From contig JBDOQK010000015.1 in the NCBI GenBank assembly GCA_040437565.1, positions 186,001 to 250,000 on the forward strand: a stretch of 64,000 nucleotides of DNA. The letters run 5' to 3'. The notes beneath the pieces are model-generated. The model saw only the letters and a list, made by a program, of their open reading frames with translations, was not told the origin of the DNA and made no database searches. A program made the translations under genes and the position numbers. The DNA comes from Albugo candida (taxonomy: Eukaryota). Positions 1-9,551 of the stretch are shown one piece after another. How positions within the stretch are numbered: the first letter of the stretch is position 1; every line of letters begins with the position of its first letter.

Positions 1-288
1 TCCTTCTTTATCCTAGATGACGTGACGATCGATCATGGCCTCCTCCATCAGATCTCAACAATATGTAATCAGCTTCCGGCAATGGGCTCTAATTCCTTTG
101 AGCTTGCGTCGATAAAGGTACTTGGAGTACACATAATGATAGAATTCAAGTAATCATCTGCTTCTCAGGACCATGTTGACGCCAAGTGCGTTGCATATCT
201 GGCTGCGTTGACGAAGGGTGCACAATCAACCAATACTGTGACCGAGCGCTTCTCGAGCATTAGCTCCCGGGATACAAAAGGATGTTAA
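1..288 (+). CDS. CSN6: 3' end of a gene, probably COP9 signalosome subunit 6 (partial, one intron)
   Basis: Manual translation gives DHGLLHQISTICNQLPAM, then an intron (about 118-169), then YLAALTKGAQSTNTVTERFS and TAA at 286-288. This resembles the CSN6 C-terminal helices. Confidence 0.55.
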
Positions 289-352
289 TGCAACATAACG
301 AATAGGAATAACTTAACACAATAATTTGGCAGCCATTGATTAGATAAATTCG

Positions 353-1717
353 ATGCCTATTGACATAAACCGCCTGCGCGTTGAGCGAGGTGGTGATCCT
401 GTGAAAGTAAAAGAAGACCAACGAAAACGATTTGTATCAGCTGATCTAGTTGATGATGTTGTCGCCCTTGATGAGCAGTGGCGGAAGAAGCAAGGTCAGG
501 TTGAGACTATGCAAATGAATGTGAATACCATACAAACAAAAATTAAAGAATTAAGTAAAGCCAAAATGGATTTCAAGGACATCAGTGAAGAACGTAAGCA
601 TCTCGCAGCACAAATTCCAGGCCTGAAAAAAGAAGCTGACGCGCTGAAAGAACAAGTAGACCGAAAATTGGCCACGATCGCAAATACTGTGGATCCAAGC
701 GTCCCGATCTCTCAAAATGAGGACGACAACCAAATTATTAGAACATGGGGACAGCGAACCAGCAAAGAAGGGCTATTGTTTCATCATGAAGTCTTACATC
801 GAATTGACGGCTATGAACCAGAACGGGGTGTTCAAGTTGCGGGACATCGAGCTTATTTTCTTACCGGTTATGGACTGCTACTGGAACAAGCATTGTTGCA
901 ATACGCCACAGCGTTTCTGATGCAGCGTCAATACAAGATGATCAAACCTCCTTTCTTCATCAACAAAGACATCATGGCTGGAGTGGCTCAACTCGACGAT
1001 TTTGATGAACAATTATACAAAGTGGAAGGGGAAGATGAAAAGTATCTAATCGCAACATCAGAACAACCTCTTTGTGGATACCACAAAGGTGACTGGATCC
1101 AGGAAAGCTCCTTGCCTCTTCGCTATGGCGGGCTATCGACCTGCTTCCGCAAAGAATCTGGATCTCATGGAAAAGATACGTGGGGCATCTTCAGAGTGCA
1201 CCAGTTTGATAAAGTAGAACAATTTTGTATCACTGAACCCGAAAACTCGACGGAAATGCACGAAGAAATGCTCAAGCATGCTGAAGATTTCTACCAATCG
1301 CTCAACTTGTCATATCGAGTGGTGAACATTGTTTCAGGAGAACTCAACAATGCGGCTGTAAAAAAGTATGACCTTGAAGCCTGGTTCCCTGCTTACAAAG
1401 AGTATCGTGAACTAGTTTCATGTTCGAATTGTACGGATTATCAAGCGCGAGCAATGGAAATACGCTGTGGCATAAAAAAGGAAAATCAGCGTGAAAAGAA
1501 ATACGTACACATGCTTAACTCCACGCTATGTGCATCCACTCGTACCGTGTGCTGCATATTAGAAAACAATCAAGATGAGAATGGAGTCAAAGTCCCGCAC
1601 GTATTAATACCCTTCATGGGTGGGGTCACATACATGCCTTTTGTACGAGAGATCAAAAAGAATTTGCAAGCAATCAAGATGAAAAAAGCCGCTAAGAAAA
1701 AAGGCGAAATGAATTAG
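353..1717 (+). CDS. SARS: Cytosolic seryl-tRNA synthetase
   Basis: N-terminal coiled coil; class II motifs LIATSEQP, CFRKESGSHG..GIFRVHQFDKVEQF, ELVSCSNCTDYQ and HMLNSTL. Confidence 0.97.
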   Translation: MPIDINRLRVERGGDPVKVKEDQRKRFVSADLVDDVVALDEQWRKKQGQVETMQMNVNTIQTKIKELSKAKMDFKDISEERKHLAAQIPGLKKEADALKEQVDRKLATIANTVDPSVPISQNEDDNQIIRTWGQRTSKEGLLFHHEVLHRIDGYEPERGVQVAGHRAYFLTGYGLLLEQALLQYATAFLMQRQYKMIKPPFFINKDIMAGVAQLDDFDEQLYKVEGEDEKYLIATSEQPLCGYHKGDWIQESSLPLRYGGLSTCFRKESGSHGKDTWGIFRVHQFDKVEQFCITEPENSTEMHEEMLKHAEDFYQSLNLSYRVVNIVSGELNNAAVKKYDLEAWFPAYKEYRELVSCSNCTDYQARAMEIRCGIKKENQREKKYVHMLNSTLCASTRTVCCILENNQDENGVKVPHVLIPFMGGVTYMPFVREIKKNLQAIKMKKAAKKKGEMN

Positions 1718-1866
1718 GTCACATTTTTNNNNNNNNNNNNNNNNNNNNNNNNNNNNNNNNNNNNNNNNNNNNNNNNNNNNNNNNNNNNNNNNNNNNNNNN
1801 NNNNNNNNNNNNNNNNNNNNNNNNNNNNCAAGAAAGCTGCCATAAATCACTACTGTTTTGTTCACC

Positions 1867-3414
1867 ATGCGCTACAAGATAAGCATCGTAGTAATGATCG
1901 TCCTAAGTACCTGTTTTGAGAGCACGCTTCTCAACATAGCTACTGATGTTGATGAGCAGAAAGGTGCTCCCACACATGAGTACCTATTTGGCAGAGATAT
2001 GATTGATTTTCTGCAGTATCAGGTTTGCCATACGCCAGACCTCAGCGGGAGCGTAGAAGATTCCGGATGTAACTATGAGACCGTAGATAAGGCCGTCTCC
2101 GAACACTTTCATCCACTATTAGAGGAATTATCTCAGCTACGTTTTTTTCGCTACTTTAAAGTGAATTTGGGAAAAGAATGTCCATTTTGGGTTGATGATG
2201 GCATGTGTTCCAGCATCGACTGTGCTGTTTGTGAATGCCCACAACATGAGATACCTCACACATGGTCTAAAGTGGAAAAAACCATTCTGGCGACTTTGAA
2301 ACCCAAAATAGAGACCAAAAAGTCGGATGGAACCACATCCGATGCTCTTGGTAAACCGTGTTCAGATCAAGCAGGAGAAAGCGCTCTCTCTTGGGTAAAC
2401 AAACACGATGCATTTTCTGGTGAAACCTACCAAGAATGGGAGGATGGAGACGAATCTGAAGTTTGGAGTGAGTCTGAAGATGACACTAACATGGTCTACA
2501 TCAATCTATTAGAGAATCCGGAGAGTTATACTGGATATAGTGGATACCAGGCTACACGGATTTGGGACGCAATTTATAAGGAAAACTGTTTTGTCCCTTC
2601 AGTAGGAATGTGCTTCGAAGAACGCGTGTACTACAAACTGATCAGTGGTCTACAAGCTTCCATCAACACTCACATTGCCTTGAAATACAAATATGGAGAG
2701 TCTTGGGGACCAAATCCTTCTTTGTATGTAGAACGCGTTGGAAAGCATCCTGAGAGATTGCACAACTTGTATTTTGTACACTTGTTCGTTATGAGAGCAC
2801 TCGGTAGATACCGAGATGAATTACTGCAGTATGATTTTTCTACTGGCGATGTAAAAGAAGACAAGCGTGTGGTGGAGATTCTGCGTCGTGTGGTTCTAGA
2901 AGAGAAGGAAAAAGCAGCTTGTCCCGTGGAAGGCCAATCTGTGCTAACGGGATTTGATGAGCAAGCTCTATTCCGAGTGAAGCGCGGTAAAATGAGCGCG
3001 GAGCAATATTTGGTTGCTCAATCAGAAAAGCGCCGCATTGAAAATCAATTTCGCGAGAAATTCAGAAATGTCACTCGAATTATGGATTGCGTGAGTTGTG
3101 AGAAGTGCCGGTTATGGGGGAAGCTTCAGATATTGGGACTAGGCACAGCAATCAAAATTCTTCTCGCTGAAGACATCAAACGACTTCCAAAACTACAACG
3201 TAATGAGATTATCGCTCTGATAAATGTTGCCAACAAACTTGCTCAGAGTATCAAAGGAGTAAAACTGCTTCGCCGACTCGAGCTTTTGGACACCCTCAAG
3301 ACGTTTGGGGTCATTGTTGGCATAGCAATCGCCTTCGTCGCATTGATCATTCTTTACAAGCGAAAGCGAGTAAAGCGATCTGAAAAGAGAAAGTCTAAAG
3401 AGAAGTCACAATAG
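1867..3414 (+). CDS. ERO1: ER oxidoreductin 1 with signal peptide and C-terminal TM helix
   Basis: FFRYFKVNL..ECPFW, LLENPESYTGYSG, MDCVSCEKCRLWGKLQ (CxxCxxC). First ATG is at 1867. Confidence 0.95.
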   Translation: MRYKISIVVMIVLSTCFESTLLNIATDVDEQKGAPTHEYLFGRDMIDFLQYQVCHTPDLSGSVEDSGCNYETVDKAVSEHFHPLLEELSQLRFFRYFKVNLGKECPFWVDDGMCSSIDCAVCECPQHEIPHTWSKVEKTILATLKPKIETKKSDGTTSDALGKPCSDQAGESALSWVNKHDAFSGETYQEWEDGDESEVWSESEDDTNMVYINLLENPESYTGYSGYQATRIWDAIYKENCFVPSVGMCFEERVYYKLISGLQASINTHIALKYKYGESWGPNPSLYVERVGKHPERLHNLYFVHLFVMRALGRYRDELLQYDFSTGDVKEDKRVVEILRRVVLEEKEKAACPVEGQSVLTGFDEQALFRVKRGKMSAEQYLVAQSEKRRIENQFREKFRNVTRIMDCVSCEKCRLWGKLQILGLGTAIKILLAEDIKRLPKLQRNEIIALINVANKLAQSIKGVKLLRRLELLDTLKTFGVIVGIAIAFVALIILYKRKRVKRSEKRKSKEKSQ

Positions 3415-3446
3415 TGTAAATCCTTTACACTATGGTAACGAGTTTA

Positions 3447-3471
3447 CACCGGTGGACATTTAAAATGGCCC
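3447..3471 (+). repeat. Terminal inverted repeat (Fanzor/guide-proximal end)
   Basis: CACCGGTGGACATTTAAAATGGCCC, preceded by TA. Confidence 0.93.
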
Positions 3472-3580
3472 AGCTAAAGTCGGCAAATCAAAGTCCCTCC
3501 GTCAGGCATTTCAGCCCATGTGTAAATTGTGATTTTATGCTGTCGATGCAACAGCACTGTCCGCCTCAGGCGGTGTTGCG
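3447..3580 (-). ncRNA. Putative Fanzor omegaRNA scaffold (5' boundary uncertain)
   Basis: Lies between the Fanzor 3' end and the element end. Hairpins at 3548-3579 and about 3504-3517; 7-bp complementarity between 3520-3526 and 3443-3449. Expression is not shown. Confidence 0.6.
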
Positions 3581-5486
3581 GCTCTACTCAGGTATGTCGG
3601 GCGGCTTCTGCCCGCCAGTGATTCTCTTGTAAGTCGCGCGGTGTTGATGGCTGAGTTGACATCTCTGTTCCATAGCTTATTGCACTTTTTGCAAGCCAAT
3701 AAACCATGTACTAAGCGGAGACGTCGCTCGTTTTCTGCCAGTTTCTTCTTGGGCTCTAAGCGAACTCGAAACTTCTCACACTTTGCATCTTCCTGCTGAC
3801 AGTGCGAACACTGACAACTCGTCCTGAACTCATCGACCAAGTAGACTTTGTAGCCCCCATTGCGAAGCAGATTGCGAAATCCCTTTCCTTTCGTTGGTTC
3901 TTTAAACTTCCGATGTTTCTTCTGTTCCGAGTCAACAATACCGATGACGACCTCTTCAGGCTTTTTTAATTTCTGAGCCAAGCGATGTAGCATTTTCTGT
4001 TCGGATTTGCGAGTGTTCCAGAACCTGTTCAGTTTCAGTTTGCGGTAGATTCGAGCTTTGTAGGAAGTTTCTATTTTGGAGTTGACCAGGAGCTTTGCCT
4101 GCACATATGCCTTGAATCCTTCAAACGACAAAGTTTTATGGTTGTAGACCGTCAAATCAGTCTCCCACTGTGTGATACTGCGTTCCTCGACATACTCGTG
4201 GTTCTTGGCGTTCTGTATGATCTGGTCGTATTTCTTCTTTTTGGTCTCTTGTCGGCGCTGATTCTGCGTGTATCTGAATTGTTCACTTGCGTCCTCATTG
4301 GCACAGTACAGTAGGTCGCTCATATTGGGATCGATGCCGATGACTTTGCGCTTCGAGAGCTCATCTATTTCGCTTCCCGTGATGTCATCAATGTACTGCT
4401 CTGGTTGCACTACTGCTTTCCTCTTCGGCGTCTTCTTACCATACAAATCACTCCTGATGAATAGTAAAGAAGCCGAAACGCCATCAGTGTCAATCATATT
4501 ATTGAACCGATACTTCTTCATAGCAAACTCTTTCTTGTTGACATGAAAGAAAGTGCCCCAAATCATGGCTTTGTTCCTGACGAGTTCTCCTGCTGTCAAG
4601 AGCTTCGACTTTGCTCCTTGATCCCACAATAGATGAACGAGAGTGGTTGTATCCAATGTGATATGCTTCGGAATCAGGCTGGTTCTCAGAGGACAGAAGC
4701 TTCGGGGTCTTCGATTCGCTTGTTCAACAAACGCTGTCATCTTCAGCATAGCAGGGTAATAGTCTTGTGGCTTGCACTGAATGTCGTAATAGATTAAAGT
4801 CTTCTCAAAGCGGCTCTTCGACGGGAGAATAATTTTCTTGTGATCACGAATCCATAAGTGGTAACACACATGCTATTTGAATGGCGAATTGTCGACACTC
4901 AATAGATCGTTTTTGATATCCCTCAGGGTCGGCGTCATTTTCCGAATCGATGCATCTCTTTCTCTATTGGTTTTACGAATCCGACGAATGCGGCTTTCTA
5001 GGTCATGTTTCTGCTATGCTGTGTTCACGTAGGATTCCACGTATTCAACATAATACGCCTTGATATTAGTCTCGAAAATGGTCACGACTTGAACCGCTGC
5101 ATAATCTAAGACAGTGCTCAGGTATTTGTAAGAGATTGCGGTGTGTTTTCGGGTAGCAATGGAGCAAAATGTTCATTGTAAAAAGCTGTCAGAGTGTTTC
5201 GCAAGGCTTGCATCTTTGCTGAAGGAGGCCGACCGAGCGGAGTCTGCTGGTAGACAGTTTTGAAGATCGTATCCACCAGCTTGAGGTCTACTTTGAGACT
5301 ATCATCGATTCGATGAATCAAATACAGCTTCAAGAAGAACAGAGATCTGCTGACTATCTTGTCGACAGTACAAACAGATGAGGTGATCGTTTCTCCTTTC
5401 GACTTGAGTTTGATGATTGAGGCCAGACTGGTCTTCAAAGATTTGTACTGGGGTAATCAGGGATCTGGTGGGTCTACAAATTCCAT
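3535..5486 (-). pseudogene. Fanzor1 (TnpB/Cas12-like RuvC nuclease), about 650 codons, disrupted in the N-terminal third
   Basis: RuvC-I VIGIDPN, RuvC-II VYLVDEFRTS, zinc finger CSHC...CKKC, RuvC-III WNRDVNSAIN. Reconstructed from ATG 5486 (MEFVDPPDP) through stops at 5457-5459, 5014-5016 and 4873-4875 and one frameshift near 5135. Confidence 0.9.
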
Positions 5487-5900
5487 ATGTTGTGTGTTTT
5501 TCTATATTGTTCCCCGGGGTTTTATTATCAGATTTGAAACGCACTTAGTTTTTCTGCAAATAATATCGAGGAAGCCGTTTAGGATCTTTTTGCTGATCTT
5601 TACTGCACCACGTGTGGTGATCTTTTGTGACGGCTTTGGCGATAGACAGCCACGGACGAGCCAGCTTTCCAGGAGTGTTTGCTCCGGGTATGAGGGTATA
5701 TGAAAAATATGTCCTTATATCCGGTATCAACTCTAGTAATTGGCGTTGCCTATCCGTGTCCTGATCCAGATCACCGAGCTAGACGCTAGAATGCTCGTCG
5801 AGACCAAGGATAGCAACAACTTTGTCACTAAGTTGGCGCTGTTCAGCAGCGTAAAGATCAGCCTTCGCTCTCATCTTATGCACAAGACATATATATATGT

Positions 5901-6933
5901 TTATGTTTGTTTATACTGCTTCGGCGACATGAGTAGAGTGGAATCGCGTGGTCTTCGCCTCTGAGGATATTCACGACGTCTATAAGCGTACCGAAAATAT
6001 TCTCGGTAATTTGATGGCTTGATCATGCTGATGACTCTCACTATGTCTGTACGAATACCCTGTATGTTGCGGGTGTGAGCTGTTGACATGTGATATTTGA
6101 ATTGATTAAACCACCCCTCTCTAGCGTTTGTCTGAGGGTTATAAGGCACACTGTTTAAGCCAGATGGTTCCCGAATCGGCTATCAAGGCACGAATAGAGT
6201 GACCTTTGTGAGCCCCGGCGTTGTCCATAAAAATAGATAGCCACGTGAACGGTTATCATTTATGAGTCTAGTCAAGAGAATGACCATTCTTTCTGTCGTT
6301 GGCTCCTTGGTCATACATTTCCCAACCCAACAAGCTGCGGCTTGTGATTGCCCCGACAAAAGTGTGTTTTGTGAATACCTGGTTGTTATTTGTGACCTGT
6401 ATGCATCGTTCACCCAAATCGCATCTGCTGTGTGCTCTATACATAAATGGCGTCAGCGAAGTTTCGTCAATGGATATGATTCGATCAATAGGATGTGCAT
6501 CCGTCAAACGGTAAAATGCTCTGAGTTGTTGACTTCAGTTCACTGGCTGCCTGTATCTTTGTCTGGGAAAATGACCATGACGCGTCCTTTTTCTTGTCAA
6601 ATTATTTTCCCTGTCGACTCGTGATAGGTGTCTTGCTGAAATATCTATCCTTGGAAAACGTGCTTGAATTGCACTCAACAGCTCTGTAGAAGATATAGTC
6701 TGATGAGTTCTGACATATTGAACCGCCCATGCGGCTTGCTCCTGTGTGATTTTGTAGGATATAGGATCACGGTTTTGACGCTTCAGAGAGTGAATATCAC
6801 GAAAACGACGCGTCCAACGTGTAAGTGAACGTTTTGGACAAGAAAAAGCCCTCGCGGTGACTTGCCGGTTGTGTGACTGATTCAAATAATGTTAAACAGC
6901 GGCAACTTTGTAATCCTCTGACTTATGCTTAAT
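5901..6933 (-). pseudogene. IS630/Tc1/mariner DD34E transposase, frameshifted
   Basis: Fragments KHKSEDYKVAAV*HYLN plus HTH region (6535-6933), IISIDET (D1), FMDNAGAH (D2 at 6223-6225) and VPYNPQTNARE (E at 6117-6119). D2 to E is 103 nt, i.e. 34 codons plus 1. Confidence 0.88.
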
Positions 6934-7092
6934 TACAACCTAGAATATACTGGCATTTTAACGGATTTCNNNNNNNNNNNNNNNNNNNNNNNNNNNNNNN
7001 NNNNNNNNNNNNNNNNNNNNNNNNNNNNNNNNNNNNNNNNNNNNNNNNNNNNNNNNNNNNNNNNNNNNNCTGGCATTTTAACGGATTTCACA

Positions 7093-7117
7093 GGGCCATT
7101 TTAAATATCCGCCGGTG
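7093..7117 (-). repeat. Terminal inverted repeat (transposase-proximal end)
   Basis: GGGCCATTTTAAATATCCGCCGGTG followed by TA. Its reverse complement matches 3447-3471 with 2 mismatches. Confidence 0.93.
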
Positions 7118-7149
7118 TAAAAGCAGTACTTCAACTTCAATTTAGAGCA

Positions 7150-9078
7150 ATGCGAGCAATTTCCCGCACGTGTTTACATTGCTCAGGCCCTATGAAAGCG
7201 AAGCCGCTACATCGCCATATCACCAAAGTTCTAAGCCCCTCCAAAGAGTATGTGAGAGTACCTTCGCATACGTATTGCAAGACTACTTTTAACGAGCTTT
7301 AGCAGTGTACTGCTAGATAATCCATATACCGGAGAGATATTAGCACGAATACCTTATCTCTCCAGAAACGAGGCTTTACACAAAATCGATAAAGCGATAA
7401 AGGCACAACGCGATTGGAAGCGTGTTTCTTTGCAGAAACGACAGTATCTTTGCCTGGAATGGATCAAGACTTTGGACAAAAATAGAGATAAAATTGCGTC
7501 TGAGATCACTCAGCAGATGGGGAAGCCTATTCAACAATCATATAATGAAATATGTGGAGCAATGGAAAGAACAAAGTGCGTGATTTAATGGATGCTAGGA
7601 ACTTTATTCATATCTCTTCATACTTTACGAATTAAGAATGATGGTGTATCTTTCGGATCAAGCACTTGGTACGGATACCTTCCCGGAAGAGAGTGGGATA
7701 TTTAGGCGCATTACACATGATCCGATTGGTGTTGTTTATGTCATTGTGAGTGTCATTATTTTATTGATGTACGAAGATGAACGCAGAGCCTTATTATTGT
7801 AGGCACCATGGAATTATCCTCTATTAACGGTAACGAATTCGATTATTCCAGCTATCCTTGCTGGTATGTGGACATCCGCTATGGAAAATATGTACAAAAT
7901 GCGGTGCACCATAACAGGAAATACGATCATTTTAAAGCATTCACCGAGAACACCCTTATGTGGGGACCAATTCGTCTGGACGCTTGAGGAGGCAGGATTT
8001 CCGAATCATATTATCCAACATGCCTTCACTGATCACGATGTTGCGGCTGATATTATTATCCACCCAGAAATTGCATCCGTAATTTTTACTGGTTCAGTAG
8101 AGGGGTACGCTTGGAAACAGTAAAGATAACTTGAACTGAGGCTGTGACTATCGCGTAGTGGGCATGCTGTTCAAAAATTGAACCCAGGAAAATTTATGGA
8201 TATGACGCTGGAGCTTGGTGGAAATGTAAGTATTCAAGCACGCAAGTTTTTCGTATCTTATCAATGTCGTCATCCCCAAGGATGCTGGATACGTTGCGTC
8301 CGATGCAGACGTCATTAGAGCGGTAGAAAGCCTTACCGATGGGGTATGCTACAATGCTGGTCAATCTTGTTGTGGTATCGAAAGAATCTATGTTCATTCC
8401 AACCACTATCAGCGATTCTTGGAGGAAGCAAAGGGATCGTTTGAGAATTATAATTTGGATGACCCACTCTATACATCTTGTACGCTTGGGCCAATGTCTT
8501 TGGCTACAGCACCGCAATCCCTGCAGGAGAAGGTGACTTGATCAAATTTCGTATAGTGCTACTCTTGATGACTGCGTTCATGTGCCAGGTCGAGGACGCT
8601 TTGACGAAAGGTGCTGCTTTGATATCCGGAGGAGGGCCGAAAACCGACCTAAAAGGAAAAGGCCGCTTTTTTTCTCCTACGTGTCTCGCTAGTTGCAACA
8701 ACACGATGAAGATCATGTGTGAAGAATCGTTCGGACCTATCGTCGGTGTCGAAGAAGTCTTTTCAGATGAAGAAGCTATCCAAAAGATAAACGACAGCAA
8801 GTACGGACTGACGAGCAGCATTTTCACAGCTTCCAAAGAGCGTGCACTAAAATTTGGCGAAGACCTTTCCTGTGGAACAGTTTACATGAATCGCTGCGAT
8901 ACTGTCGACCCTTTATTACCATGGTCCGGCCAAAAAGATTCTGGAAAAGGCATCAGCCTCTCCAAGTATGGATTCACTCGTTTCACCCGACTCAAAGCTG
9001 TACGTTTCTGTGAAGTGTTTCGGATAAAAGCATTTTTATGATGAAAGTTTTTTTTGTTAGTGGAATTTTTCTTTGTGA
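7150..9078 (+). CDS. Aldehyde dehydrogenase, multi-exon, possible mitochondrial presequence
   Basis: Exon motifs APWNYP, VIFTGSVEG, LELGG, NAGQSCCGIERIYVH, EESFGP and PWSGQKDSGKG. Exon ends are approximate. Confidence 0.9.
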
Positions 9079-9551
9079 ATGTATATTTTGGACCTTAGGA
9101 ATTTATCCTTCTTGCATCCATTGTTGTTTCAGTAAAATGAAGTCGCTTTATGCATTTTTTGGCAAGAAAAAAAAACGATTGTGCTCGCAACCTCATGAAC
9201 AATTATATTTATTTTCAACGCCATCTCTGATGAAATAATTCATCTTTCAGCGGCCAAATGCCAAAAATGCCTCGATAGATGGAACTCAGCATATATATCA
9301 AGAGCGTAGAGCTATGGGGATGATATTGAGTGATGCAAGCTGCGACGTTTGCGGTAATGAGCTTCCCAAATCATCCAGGTCTGTGCTTGCACATAGAAAC
9401 AACACGTGACGAAGCAAGAGTATAGATTGGTTTTGACAGCAATAGCCGTAGTGTCAAATCTATAGTTACCCAACTGTTCCGCTATCAACGAGAAAGCAGA
9501 ATGGTAACTCAACAAAGCCCCGAAGATCTTTGCATTGATGTCTCCCTTTGA

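Larger units (their letters stand above)
3447..7117 (-). mobile_element. IS630/Tc1/mariner-type DNA transposon carrying a Fanzor1 gene (decayed copy)
   Basis: TIRs at 3447-3471 and 7093-7117 (23/25 match), TA on both sides (3445-3446, 7118-7119), with transposase and Fanzor pseudogenes both on the minus strand. True length is about 3.55 kb after removing the N-gap and its 20-bp overlap. Confidence 0.93.

Noticed and set aside
3535-4869. Cas12/CRISPR locus or bacterial contamination
   Set aside because: There is no repeat-spacer array and no cas genes. The element has TIRs and TA duplications and sits among eukaryotic genes.
5487-5900. Short ORFs between the transposase and Fanzor as a possible third cargo gene
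   Set aside because: No recognisable motifs and mostly non-ATG starts; more likely promoter/UTR.
6950-7089. 20-bp direct repeat inside the transposon end (similarly 39570-39709)
   Set aside because: Overlap across an N-gap, not a subterminal repeat or target duplication.
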